From: Octopus sinensis
Taxonomy: Eukaryota
NCBI RefSeq assembly: GCF_006345805.1
Contig: NC_043009.1
Coordinates: forward strand, 31,806,001 to 31,870,000
Direction of reading: 5' to 3'
DNA length: 64,000 bases
A model generated the notes under the pieces. The model ran no database searches, had not been told where the DNA came from, and saw nothing but the letters and a program-made list of their open reading frames with translations. Positions 13,981 to 27,040 of this stretch are shown here, piece by piece (position 1 is the first letter of the stretch; each line of letters begins with the position of its first letter). The position numbers and the translations under genes are program-made.

Positions 13981-14198
13981 TTAACCCTTTAGTGTTCAGA
14001 TTATCCTATCAAACATAATGCTTATTGATTCCCATTGATTTGAATTAATCATGCATTATCTCATATCTTCACGATCTTGATGGTGTAATTACCTAATATA
14101 GAATAACATTGTAGGGTAGGTGTGATCTGGTCAGTTTGAACATAAGACAGATTAAATATTTTGGCCGGATATGGCCAGTTTAAATACTAAAGGGTTAA
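13981..14198. mobile_element. TTAA-flanked MITE (piggyBac-type ends)
   Basis: TTAA-CCCTTTAGTGTT ... AAATACTAAAGGG-TTAA terminal inverted repeats, 218 bp, non-coding. Confidence 0.75.
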
Positions 14199-14431
14199 AA
14201 GCTGTGGATTGTTTGGTTTGTTTGTTCCCAAACAACACTTATTTTAGTGCTGTTGACACTGCTGGATAGAATAGTATTGCCCAAGTGTCGAAACCACAAT
14301 ATCTGTGAGACAGCTGATGATGGGGGTATGTTAGATTGTTGGTATGGCTGCTTTTGTATGTGTGGAACAGTAGTATAACACATACTTTTGATATATACAT
14401 ACATACATGTGTGTGTGCGTGTGTGTGTGTG

Positions 14432-14503
<72 letters not shown>

Positions 14504-14946
14504 CATATGACCTAGGGTTTAGGATGCTGTTCTCATGCTCACTAGATCGTGGGTTCATTTCCCAGATGAGTTGATGCATTATGTTCTTGAGCAAAATACT
14601 TCATTTCATGTTGCTGTAGTTCACCCTGCAATGGAAATGCTTTTCAATTAAACACAGCCCTAGTCTGTTTACCAAGCCTCCAGGCTGGTATTATTTGAAA
14701 GTGAAAGTAATGCAATGCTCATTGTCAAAAGTGACATATAACAACATTTGATAGTTTAGCCAATATTGTAATACCATGATACATGTGTGTGTGTATATAT
14801 ATATATATATACACGTTTATACATACATACATACATACATACATTCATATATATATGTATATATGTATATATATACATATATATATGTATATATATATAC
14901 ATATATATTTCTGTATATATACATACATATATATATATATATATAT

Positions 14947-15100
14947 AGTGAGAATTTACAAAAAAACGAAAGACGAAGATGGTTGTGTAGACAACAAACA
15001 GATGTATTAGTTTAACTTTCGGGTAGTGAGAAACGCTTTTAAGTTTTGAGCCTATGCCCTTCAACAGAAATAAATACAGAAATGAACAGGGAGAGAAAAT
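14947..15100 (-). mobile_element. Second copy of the 11553 Penelope-like terminal relic (hammerhead-like 15036-15070)
   Basis: Shares AACAAACAGATGTATTAGT and GTTTTGAGCCTATGC.CTTC.ACAGAAA with 11553-11695; abuts (TA)n. Confidence 0.5.
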
Positions 15101-15984
15101 AAAAAAGCTTTAGTGGCTAGCAATCTATCATAGTGAATGCTGGACAGAGGGATCACACAAGAGAGCTAGGAAAAAGGGGACATAATAAAGTAGAGGTGAT
15201 CCTAAAACAAAGGTGTGTATGTGTGTGTACGTGAGAGCATGTATGTTCATGTGGAAGGGGGCTGGTGACATTGATGTGTGCATGTGTGCATGTATAGGTG
15301 TGTGGATGATGGTGTAGGTGCTGGGAAGTGATCAGTGCTAGTGTGTGCAGAGTGGTGTGGTGTGGTGTGGTGTGGTGAGGTATGGTATGGTTGTGTGTGG
15401 TGGTGTGGGGGAGGTGAGAGTGGGGGAAACATACACATATATACATATATTAATGCATTCATATATATACATATATATATTAATGCATACATATATATAT
15501 ATGTGAACATTTGATGGAAAAATAAATGCATGTGATTGAAAGAAGGAAAGAATCTTAAAAACCAACAACAAGAACAAGAACAAGAACAACAGAGATGAAC
15601 ATCGACAATTAAAAAAAGAAAGAGAGGAAGACGGAAAGGAAATTGAACTTGAAATTGGAGATGAGATTTTGTAAAGAACCGATTCCATTCGGAAATATTA
15701 GTTGCATGGAATTATTTAGATAAACATGAAGGTGCCAATTTATGGAAATATACGAAGAAAACCAAAATATAACAAAAATTTTAAAAGTTATTTCTTTCAG
15801 AAAATTTCACTAAGGTTTCTCTTGCAGAGCGATCTCTCATTAAGAAGCGATCAATTATGAATCAGTGTTTACAAAATATTATCATATTTAAATTTATGCA
15901 AAACAACAGTAATGGAAACAGCAGCAGCAACAGTTATAAAAACAACAGCATTCAGGAAAATGATAATAGAAATTATACTTATGC

Positions 15985-16590
15985 ACGGCTGTGTGGTAAG
16001 AAGCTTGCTTCCTAACCACATGGTTCCAAGTTCAGTCCCAATATGTGACACCTTGGACAAGGGTCTTCTACTAAAGCTTTGGGTCAACCAAAACCTTGTG
16101 AATGGATTTGGTAAACAGGAACTGAAAGAAGGCGGTGAGCTGGCAGAAATGTTAGCATGCCGGGCGAAATGTTTAGCAGTATTTCATCTGCCGCTATGTT
16201 CTGAGTTCAAATTCTGCTGAGGTTGACTTTGCCTTTCATCCTTTCGGATGAATAATTACCTTAATCGATTAAATAAGTACCAGTTATGCACTGGGGTCAA
16301 TATAATAGACTTAATCCCTTTGTCTGTCCTTGTTTGTCCTCTCTGTGGTTAGCTCCTTGTGGGCAGTAATGAAATAAGAAACTGAAAGAAGTCCATCAGG
16401 TGTGTGTATATTTGTCCCCATTATGGCTTGACAACTGGTGCTGGTTTGTTTACACTCTTATAACTACACTGTAGAATAAGTAGCAGGCTTTAAGAAAAAA
16501 GTAGTGGAGTCAATTCATTCAACTAAAAATTCATTAAGGCTGTGTCCCAGCATGACCATAGCCTAATGATTGAAGCGAGTAAAAGAATAA
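15985..16590 (+). mobile_element. SINE family B interrupted by a family A SINE (16131-16378)
   Basis: AACTGAAAGAA is duplicated at 16120-16130 and 16380-16390 around the inserted family A copy. Confidence 0.85.
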
Positions 16591-16841
16591 AGGTTTATGA
16601 TGTGTGTGTGTATGATCTCAGTTGGATTTGAACTCAGTAAGTAAAAATCAAGAAGAAATGCTTCTAAGCACTTTGTCCAAACTGCTAATGATTCAGGAAG
16701 CTTCTTGATTCATTCTGAGTTCAAGTCCTTCCAGGGTTACCTTTGCCCTTCATCCTTTTGGGCTTGATGAAATAAAGCACCTGTCAAGAACTGAGGTTGA
16801 TGAAATTGGCTAAGCCCATCAACCAAAAATTTCTGGCCTTG

Positions 16842-16877
<36 letters not shown>

Positions 16878-17302
16878 ACACACACACACACACACACATA
16901 CACACACAAACACACACACACAAACACACAAGCACATTTGTATACTAAGTGGGTTTGGTATGCTCTCTGCCTATCAAATTCCTTTACAAGGCCTTGGGGA
17001 CCTTGGGGTAATTATAAAGGACACTTGCTCAAAGGGAAGCACAACTGGAGTGAACCAACAGACACGGAGTTGTTAAGCAACTTTCTCTATGACATAACCA
17101 TACATGTGAAAGCAACACACAGACAGACATCCTCATATGTACAAATACAGATTACAATTTGAGCACTCATATGCACATAAATGTCTGTGTCAGTGTGTGT
17201 GTATACATACATACACATATACACATGCACATATACATATGCATATATATATAGATGTACATATAAGTATGTATGTGTGTGTATATATATATATATATAC
17301 AC

Positions 17303-17372
<70 letters not shown>

Positions 17373-17747
17373 TACATACATATATATCCATATATGTATG
17401 CATATACACTACATATATATAAATGTATAGGCATATACATCAACCCACACACATACAGATTGCATTATGGTGAGTTCACACAACCAATTTATCAAATGAG
17501 GGAAAAAATACAAGTGTTTTCATTATTAATAAAGCAAAAACTAATGTACTTACCTAGCTATCCATATCTATCTACCTATCTACCTATCTATCTATTTATC
17601 TATTTATCTATTTATCTATTTATCTATTTATCTATCTATATGTCAATCTGTTTGTCTGTTTGCCTGTCTATTTATCTATCTCTTACTCTGCCTATATATG
17701 TATATATATACATATATATGTATATATAAACACATAGACATATATAT

Positions 17748-17778
<31 letters not shown>

Positions 17779-18544
17779 GCAAAAATATAAATAATAATGT
17801 CTGTGTGTATGCATGCATATACTCAGATGTACACATAAATACACACATTCATACACACAGATTTGGAAACATGTACACATCCACACTGGCATACAAAATG
17901 CATACATATATATATATACATACAAAATATGTAAATTTACATCCATGCATAAGCATAAACATACATACATACAATAATACATACATACATACATACATAC
18001 ATACATACATACATACATACATACATACATACATACATACATACATACATACGTACGTACATACATATATACATGCAATCAAAATATTTCAACGCAGAAA
18101 TAGATATTCCCGTAGAATCTGTGAGTAAAAACAAGAATGGATGGATATTTGTTGAAACCAATTTTTATATTTTTTTGTATTATTTATTTTGTTGTTTCGT
18201 TTTATTGAAATGAGGTGGAGGAGGAGGTGGTGGATTATGATTTATACTAAATTAATATGTGTAACAAACAATAGTAACAAGGCTACAACAATAAACCTTC
18301 AATATTATCTGAAAATTGATGAGAATCTATTCAGAATTTCGAATTTAATCAATAGAAACCAGAGATGCACTGTTGCTTTAAGATTAAAATATATATAACT
18401 TAGAATATTGGTTGTCTGTAATTATATAGGGATATGAAATATATATATACACACACACATACATACACACATACACACACAGACACAGACACAGACACAG
18501 AAACACACACGCGCACACACACACATACACACACATATATATAC

Positions 18545-18880
18545 TTATTTGTCACCCTAGTAGGGTTTTACTCTCACTTGACACAGTGATCCCTTTTCGT
18601 CATGAATGACCAGTGCTCTCTACCACTGGTGTTCTGTACCACTCCCTGTCATCTTCTGGACATCTTCCCCATTCATGTCCAGCCATCTTATGCGGGGCCT
18701 GCCCCAAGACTTCTTCCGGTCTGCAGCTGCTGTGTCAAGTGAAAGTAAAACCCTGCCAGGGTGACATAGAGGCAGACGGAGGACATGTCCATACCAGCAC
18801 ATGCAATGGATAGCTATGAGTTGGGAGACTGCAGGCTGGTGCATGCGCATAGTTCTTTGTTGGAAATGTGATGCTATCAT
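18545..18880 (-). mobile_element. RTE-clade LINE 3' fragment
   Basis: ORF 18620..18880 contains CWYGHVLRL...WGRPRIRWLD, the RTE ORF2 C-terminal motifs. Confidence 0.75.
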
Positions 18881-20482
18881 CTGTACTCAATGGTTCTCAG
18901 GGCTCTGCTACTAAAGCCATCGATCCACTTTAATATAAGAGTTTCAAAATCAGTCAACCACAATTCAATAGATGCCTACGTCAGTAACTTCATCAGAGAA
19001 GAAGAACAATCCGGAAAGTAGTGAAAATGGCAGAGGTACGTTGTATTTGCACCCTGAAAATTCCAGTAATCTCAGAAAATATTTGCATCAAGTGAAGACT
19101 AGCTTTCACAGAAGGGAATAGGATCTAAATGAAATATTGTACTTCTCAATAAAATCCCTCCAACAGCTTTGGTTCTTCACACCATTAATATTGGCAACTT
19201 TTCCCTCCTTCTCTCATTCCTCTTTTACCTTCTCTTTCATCTCCACTTTCTCTATCCCTAGAGACATTTAGGTACAATAACAAAGAAAGCTCTGTCACTG
19301 TAATTTAATCCCTCTATTTTAATATTGTCATTGGTTCTTTTAGTTCCTTTATTTTTATTTCATTTACAATATCATTGCCATAAGTTCTTTTATTAATTCT
19401 TTTATTACCATCTCATCGGCTTTCATCTTTGGGCTTTGCATTTTAAGAATGCTTCTATATATATATATATATATACCGTATATAGAGATTTTTGTGGGCA
19501 TTAATGCTATGCCTGTTTTTCCATAAAATCTTTGCCCGAAAGTTTTGTAGTGAAAACCAGGTATGCATCCATACTTATCTACATGTATGTGTGTGTGTGT
19601 GTGTGACAAATTTTATATGAAATGCAACATAAAATGATTTCAGCTCATCTTATTATTTGTCAGATTCATTTGGGTACTCTTTCCCACCATTCTCTCTTTC
19701 CCTTTCTCTTTCTCCCTAGCTCTGTTCAAACTATTATTATTGTATAATAAATCATTTAACCATGCATGTTCCTAATTAAATGTAAACTGAAAGAAATCCA
19801 AACCCACATCATTCACATATGAATACAAACCAACGACCAGTTCTTGGGGATCTGAAATGAGTAAATTAATTGACAACACATATATTTGATAAATCTTGGA
19901 ATATTCGTAATATCTATATTTCATTGTCTTGCAATAAATATTTATGTAAGCCGAGGAAGTTACCATAGCACAGCAGCTTTGAGTCTCAGCTGTCAACAAT
20001 ATTTTCATAATTTTTGATGACTTCATGTATTCTTCATTCCAGAAATGGTTTCACATTTTCAGGCAATCTTCCACTGCAAATGGTGCTTTTTATCAACCCT
20101 AAAAGGATAAAATCCAAAGTCAACCTCAGAGGAATTTGAACACTGAGTACAGAGAGTTAGAAAAACAATCGATTTGTCACCAGAAAATTCTCATGAAGTT
20201 AACAAAATGGAGTATGTTTCCCCCATATTACACGAAAATATGTCTCACTATGAAGAAATATTACCTTGCCTGGAAACAGATGAGTTTTTGTGGCAGGAAA
20301 GGCATATTCGATCATAGACAATCTGCCTCAAGGAATTCAGTCAGAGCCCTGCAAGTACCAAAATGTGGATATTAAGACAATAATGTTGATGTGGAAGAGA
20401 AGCAGTATGTTAATGATGGTGATGTTGGTGAAGATGATGAAGGCAATTATGATGTTGATGATGATGAGAATGACAGCTGCAG

Positions 20483-20708
20483 AAAGTGGCGAGCTGGCAG
20501 AAACGTTAGCATGCCGAGCGAAATGCTTAGCGGTATTTCGTTTGCCGTTACGTTGTGAGTTCAAATCCCGCCGAGGTCGACTTTGCCTTTCATCCTTTCG
20601 GGGTCGATTAAATAAGTACCAGTTACGCACTGGGGTTGATATAATCGACTTTATCCATTTGTCTGTCCTCTCTGAGTTTAGCCCCTTGTGGGTAGTAAAG
20701 AAATAGAT
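20483..20708 (+). mobile_element. SINE family A with 14-bp TSD
   Basis: AATGACAGCTGCAG at 20469-20482 and 20709-20722. Confidence 0.9.
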
Positions 20709-20849
20709 AATGACAGCTGCAGCAATGACAATAACAACAGCAACAATAATGATGACAATACAGTTCTATATTTAAGAGACGAGGAATTAGGTACGTTATT
20801 TACATTATTTACATTCGGCAGATATTTGTCTGCATCTTGTTTGTTGTTA

Positions 20850-20893
20850 ACACAACGTTTTGGCTGATATACCCTCTAGCCTTCTTCAGGTGT
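20850..20893 (-). ncRNA. Decayed minimal type I hammerhead (G12>A), inverted relative of 21278-21321
   Basis: - strand reads ACAC CUGAAGA A GGCUA GAGGGUAUAU CAGCC AAAA CG U U GUGU. Confidence 0.6.
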
Positions 20894-21118
20894 CTTGGGG
20901 AAATTATTGTTATTGTTAAGGTCACTGCTTGGAATCAAACTCAGAATCTTGGGGTTAGTAGCCTACACTCTTGACCACTACGCCATATGCCTGTGGGCAA
21001 TTATGGAGTAAATTTTAGGGCTTATAAATCTAATATTCTCCTATCCTTCCTTAATACCGGTTCCAATATGCTGCTCATATCAGCACTTGATCTGCTTAGG
21101 AGGTTGTTGTGTCCTAGT

Positions 21119-21154
<36 letters not shown>

Positions 21155-21169
21155 TTAATAATAATAGTA

Positions 21170-21218
<49 letters not shown>

Positions 21219-21277
21219 TAATAATAACATCGAAAAATACCTTAAGAATGAGAACCCAGGTTTGAAATTTCCCCAAG

Positions 21278-21321
21278 ACACCTGATGAAGGCTGGAGGGT
21301 ATATCAGCCGAAACGTTGTGT
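21278..21321 (+). ncRNA. Minimal type I hammerhead ribozyme motif (Penelope-type, palindromic ACGU stem III)
   Basis: ACAC CUGAUGA A GGCUG GAGGGUAUAU CAGCC GAAA CG U U GUGU. Stem I is ACAC/GUGU and stem II is GGCUG/CAGCC; predicted cleavage after GUU (21317). Confidence 0.75.
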
Positions 21322-22091
21322 TAACAACAAACAAGATGAGGACAAATATCCGTTGAATGTAAATAGTGTAAATGATGATGATGCTTGCATTATCATGTCA
21401 TCACAAACTGAATATGAGGAATATAATTACAGCCAAAAAGAACAGCTAATTCCTCCGTTTATGTACCACACAACCTTCCATTATTTCAAGCTTTGTCAGT
21501 CATTCTTTGGCAGCCACATTCACTGTGGGTTGCAACAATAATCCTAGGAAAATAGTTTATAGAATTCACACAGAATTTTCTGAGCCATCAAAAAACTGCT
21601 TCATCTAAGGCAATCAATCAAATTGTAATCAATATTTTAGAAACATTAATCAATGTAGAAAGAGAGTCATTTGTGTTCTGCAAAAGTTCCGGAACAATGC
21701 TCCTCCAACACCATGTAGTTCTTTACCAATTAAAACAGTCTTAAATCATCAAATTATATTTTACTGATCATTTTTTTTAAATTATCTCATTTCCTTGTTG
21801 TTGCTATTGCTATTATTATTATTTCTATTATTATTATTATTATTATTATTGTTGTTGTTGTTGTTGTTGTTGTTGTTATTATTATTATTAATTCTATTAT
21901 TATTATCATCATCATCATCATCATTATTATTATTGGAAGCAATTATTATTATAGTTGTTATAGTTGCTGTGGTTGTTTTTATTGGTGTGGTTGTGCTTAT
22001 TTTTCTCTGCTTGACGTAATTTGCATGTTATTTAGTTTTACCATATCACTGCCTTGAATTTTTTATGAATTTATATCTATCTATCTATCTT

Positions 22092-22124
<33 letters not shown>

Positions 22125-22201
22125 GTCTTTCTCAAAATCTATCTATCTGTCATGCTGCCTGTCTGTCTGTCCATCTTTATGCATGTGTATAAGTATATCA
22201 A

Positions 22202-22326
<125 letters not shown>

Positions 22327-22354
22327 TATATACTTGTATTCATGTATATATATA

Positions 22355-23616
22355 TTGGGGACATCCCATAAATAATGTGAGGTTTTTTATATTTCTTTTA
22401 TTTTTCAAGATTAAGATAAAGAAAGTTATTTTTTAATCTAAAATATACTCTCCTTCATTTTCTACAATGTGCTCCCATCTATCTGGTAGACTTGCAAGGC
22501 CCCTTCTTCCAAATTTCACTTGTCTGTGACAAAACATATTCTGCCAGTACTGTTCTGATCTCGTCTACAGAGTTCATATTTTTTGTGTCCAAATGATTTT
22601 GAAGATTGTAGAATAAAGAATAATCAGATGGGGCAATGTCCGGCGAATATACTGGGTTGGGCATTGTTTTCCATTCAAACTGTTCTGGCTTTTGGAATAT
22701 CATCCTTGCTGTATATGCCAGAGCATTATCTTGATGGAAGAACACCTTTCGTCTTGAAACCTAAGATGGCCATTTTTCTTTTAGCACTGACTTAAGCTGC
22801 CCTACTTGCTCACAGTAGCTCTCCTTTGTTATCATTTGGTTTGGGTTTAAAAATACAAAGTGGACTAAACCTTTCATATCTCACCAAACAGATGGGTTAA
22901 GACCTTCTTTAGCTTGGGGTGCCAGTAGTTCTCCTTTCCTTACCCACTGTCTTTAGCATTTGACATTTTTATAGAGAATGCATTTTGTCACCAGTCAATA
23001 TTTGGTGCAAAAAAGGTTTATTCATGAGATGTAACAGCAAAGAAGAGCACACATTCACTCTCTGTATGTGATTATACTCAGAAGGTTTGTGAGGAACCCA
23101 TTGATCCAATTTGCTGACGTTTCCAATGGCAAGCAGCTATCGATGATAGGTTGAATGACTAAATCTAAGTTTCTCTGCTAGTTCCTCAACAGTTACAATG
23201 GGATTGTGTTCCACCAGGGTTTGCAGGACATCCTTGTCGAGCTCTACAGAACTTGCAGGATGAGGCTCGTCTTCTAAGCTGTAGTTTCTGGCCCAGAATT
23301 TCTGGAACCACCATTGACTTATTGTCCAATCCCTATATATTGCATTAATATTCCTCACACTTTTTATTGTGTTGTTGTCTTTATTGAACTTCTAAAGCAA
23401 AATATGCCAAATATGCTCCTTTGTCACTTCCATTATAGCTTTGGAAAAATAACTGTTAAAATCGAACTGCACTCTTCAAAACTTGCACTAAGAATAAGTA
23501 CAAGGTAAAATTACTACCTGTTTTTATAGCAAGTTGATGCAGGTAGTTTATCTCATTCCTCTCTAACTTTAGTTCATGCAATTGAAAAAACTGCATTATT
23601 TATGGGATGACCCAAA
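22355..23616 (-). mobile_element. Full-length (~1.26 kb) decayed mariner (Tc1/mariner, DD34D-type) element
   Basis: ~30-bp TIRs (TTGGGGACATCCCATAAATAATG / CATTATTTATGGGATGACCCAAA) flanked by TA. Broken ORFs give ..SLEDEPHP..TVEELAEKL..HST.. (HTH) and HQDNA..YSPDIAPSDYSLF (catalytic). Confidence 0.92.
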
Positions 23617-24222
23617 TAAATATATATACACACACATATATATAAAGAGAGAGAGAGAGGGGGGAGATAGATAGATATATACATGCATATATACATATAT
23701 GTGTGTATATATATGACTAAATATATATTTATAAGTATAAGTATATATGAGCATATATATATATGCAAATATATATATACATACACACATATGTACATAT
23801 GTATATATATTTATAATTCCATTACATAATTATATACATGTATATGTGTCTATGTATTTGTCTGTATATGTATGCATATACATATACACACACACACACA
23901 TATATATCTAAATATACACATCAATGCATATCTAAACCAAAATGTTAAATTTAAATTACTCAGGAAGAAAATAAATCTTTCCATAAATTAATATTTGAAT
24001 TTTGTGAAAGAGAAAAAAATTGGTCTGGAATATTTGGCAGTATTCAGGCACAATAAAATATCATTAATTCCTCTCTAGATTTTGCAATAGGCTTTAGATT
24101 AACCAGTTTATTATGATGGGCTGTTAGCTGTGAAACTATTACGCAAGAAGGCTACATGAATATTACTAACACGTTCTGCATGTAGTAGCTATATGTGTGC
24201 GTGTGCATGCATGAGTATGTTT

Positions 24223-24341
24223 GTGTGCATGCATGCATGTGTGTACATATGTAAGTGTGCATGCATGCATGTGTGTACATATGTAAGTGTGCATGCATGC
24301 ATGTGTGTACATATGTAAGTGTGCATGCATGCATGTGTGTG
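24223..24341. repeat. 32-bp minisatellite, ~3.6 near-identical copies
   Basis: Unit GTGTGCATGCATGCATGTGTGTACATATGTAA. Confidence 0.9.
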
Positions 24342-24413
24342 TGGGTGCTATTTCTTGGAGCAGTGACACTCAGAGCACATGTAAAACTATAACTAATAGC
24401 ATGTAGATAATAG

Positions 24414-24634
24414 TTATTTCTTTATTGCCCACAGTGGGCTAAACATAGAGGAGACAAACAAAGGGATTAAGTCGATTACATCGACCCCAGCGCATAACTG
24501 GTAATAATTTAATCGACCCCAAAAGGATGAAAGGCAAAGTCGACCTACACAGAATTTGAACTCAGAATGTAACAGCAGACGAAATATCGCTAAGCATTTC
24601 TCCAAGCATGCTAATGATTCTGCCAGCTCGTCAC
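24414..24634 (-). mobile_element. SINE family A
   Basis: Colinear with 1821-2051. Confidence 0.85.
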
Positions 24635-25282
24635 ATGTAGATAAAATTCGTTGTAAAAGCAATTTGGATGGAAAAAGTCATGTCTAAAGATGTGGGTTGC
24701 AGTCCGACAGGCAACCTTCAACTCTTGATTTTATCCAGAAGGGATTTTCAACTCCATAATTACATGCTTTTGCTTATAGCTTTGCGTGCTTCAAGATTCA
24801 CTTCCAAAATAGAATTATTTCACACTCAAAAGATTATAAAATACTTATGATGTCAATGTGTGCGTGTGTATACATATATAACCTAAGGCTATAGTAGAAA
24901 ACACTTGCCCAAGGTGTCACACAGTGGGACTGAAACCAGAACCATGTGGTTGGGAGGTGAGCTTCTTACTACATAGCTACGCCTACACCTATATATATGT
25001 AATCTTAGAGACACTTAGATTTCAGTCTGTATCGATCCTTTTCATGTCCAGCATTGTTGTCCTACCTGCTGATATGATATTATGGGGCACCATAGTCTTC
25101 CATGAATTAGGATAATTTTGTTATTAAGTGCAACAAAGCATCGATGGTGCGCTTAGGGATTTCTCTTGGAGGAATTTAGTGCATCAGATTGTCCAACCAC
25201 CATTTGAAGCTAGTGAAATATTTTTCTGCTTTGATTTTCTTTCACAAGAATCATCAGTAATATAGAAAGATAAAAGGTGAAG

Positions 25283-25528
25283 TCTTCTTCTTGTGCCATA
25301 CCATCTCACAACGACCAGTCTCTTGGTTCCCATGGTGCACATATACTCTCCACTTGAACGTGACACCAATCAATCACAGGATTACTCATTTTTGCCAGCT
25401 GAGTGGACTGGAGCAATGTGAAAGGAAGTATTTTGCTCAAGAACACAATGTGTCACTCAGCCCAGGAATCAAACCTACAATCTTACGATCATGAGTCCTA
25501 CACACGAGCCACTAAGCCACATGACTCC
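25283..25528 (-). mobile_element. tRNA-derived SINE family D
   Basis: Head GTGGCTTAGTGG..CATGATCGTAAG..GGTTTGATTCC, followed by TTGTGTTCTTGAGCAAA..CCAGTCCACTCAGCTG, which is shared with 34121 and 51764. Confidence 0.7.
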
Positions 25529-26368
25529 ATGTCAATGAAGTATAGACAATTGTAATTAAGAAACATGGCTTTGGTCATTGTATAGTGCAATGACCCAGGG
25601 TGGCTCAGCCTTTGGTGCATTTATAAACTTAGTGCAAATCTCTTTTGCACAGATGCTATATTTTATACCAACTGGTATCGGAAACAAGACAATCTGATCC
25701 TTTTTTGAAATAATTTCTTTTTCGCTTTTTATGCAATCTTTTAAGGTGACTTGCTTCTGACATTTTGTTGTGTTTTAGAGAGACTTCTGTTGACAACTGA
25801 ATACTTGGAAATTGCTTAAAAGTAGAGAGCTGAGATGGAAAGTAGTATGTTGTGTATTTAGAGCAGTGTATATATGCATACATACATATTCATATATAGT
25901 CTCAGACTGAGCAAAGACTTGTGAGTGGATTTCTTAGACAGAAATTGAAAGAAGCCTGTCACACACACACACACACACACACATACACAAACACACACAT
26001 GTGTATGTACTTCCCTGTAACTTAGTGGTTTGGCAATAGGGACTGATAGAATGAGTACCAGGCTTAAAAAACAAATATTGGATTGATACATTTGACTAAA
26101 ACCTCCAGGCAGTACTCCAGCATGGCTGCAGTCTAATTACATGTGGTATTAGACAGGTTAGGTATATATTCATTAAAACTAGCTGAAATTGATGGGTGAG
26201 CATTTGGCCCAGTCAGATGCACAAGGAATCATGTTAGTGTTGATTTGTGGGTTTGATTCTAACAAGGGTTAGCTCATCATTTTACGGTCATTTGTTTGTA
26301 CTTAAAAATTGTCACTTCAAATCGGAGAATCTATATTATGATATATTGCTATATTATTTTACAGTTAA

Positions 26369-26425
<57 letters not shown>

Positions 26426-26633
26426 TAGATAGATAGATAGATAGATAGATGGATAGATGAATTTCCAAATTTTGTTGGTAGGGATATAACATCCATATGG
26501 GTACTATAGTTGTTTTACTGCTAATTAATGCTGACTAACCTCCAATTAATTTGATTTACTAACCTCAGTCTATCATCACATCAGTAAATCCATATGACTC
26601 TAAAGAGATTGCATGTTTTCAGTAGAGAAAATC

Positions 26634-26832
26634 ATGAATTTATAATAAAGGAGAACACAGGTTTATATCCAGTTTTATTCATCAGTTCATTACTTCTTTT
26701 CATTTCTTCACCTACACATGTTTCTGTGCATTAATTGCTGCAGAAAGATATGTAGGTGTAGAAATGAAAAGAGTTAATTAAATACTAAATAAAACTGGAT
26801 ATAAATCTCTGTTCTCCTTATTATAAATTCAT
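26634..26832. repeat. Imperfect ~200-bp fold-back (MITE-like hairpin)
   Basis: ATGAATTTATAATAA.GGAGAAC..TTTATATCCAGTTTTATT pairs with AATAAAACTGGATATAAA..GTTCTCC.TTATTATAAATTCAT; the inner arms also pair. Confidence 0.8.
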
Positions 26833-26935
26833 CATCGTCATTGTCGTTTAACATCCACCATCCATGCTAGCATAGGTGGGATGTTTTATATATATATATA
26901 TATATTATATATATATATATGTAAATATATATATA

Positions 26936-26985
<50 letters not shown>

Positions 26986-27040
26986 GGTGAGAAAGTTGGT
27001 GTGTGAAAGCACATGATTGAATATATAGAAAATAGTAAAG

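Noticed and set aside
14255-14305. GACACT/AGTGTC stem followed by GAAA
   Set aside because: The stem overlaps the putative core, there is no palindromic stem III and no stem I.
16131-16215. tRNA-like sequences at SINE heads
   Set aside because: They have A/B-box similarity but no complete cloverleaf, and they continue into SINE bodies; not tRNA genes.
18928-19000. CUGAUGA...GAAA on the - strand
   Set aside because: Stem I and stem II do not pair.
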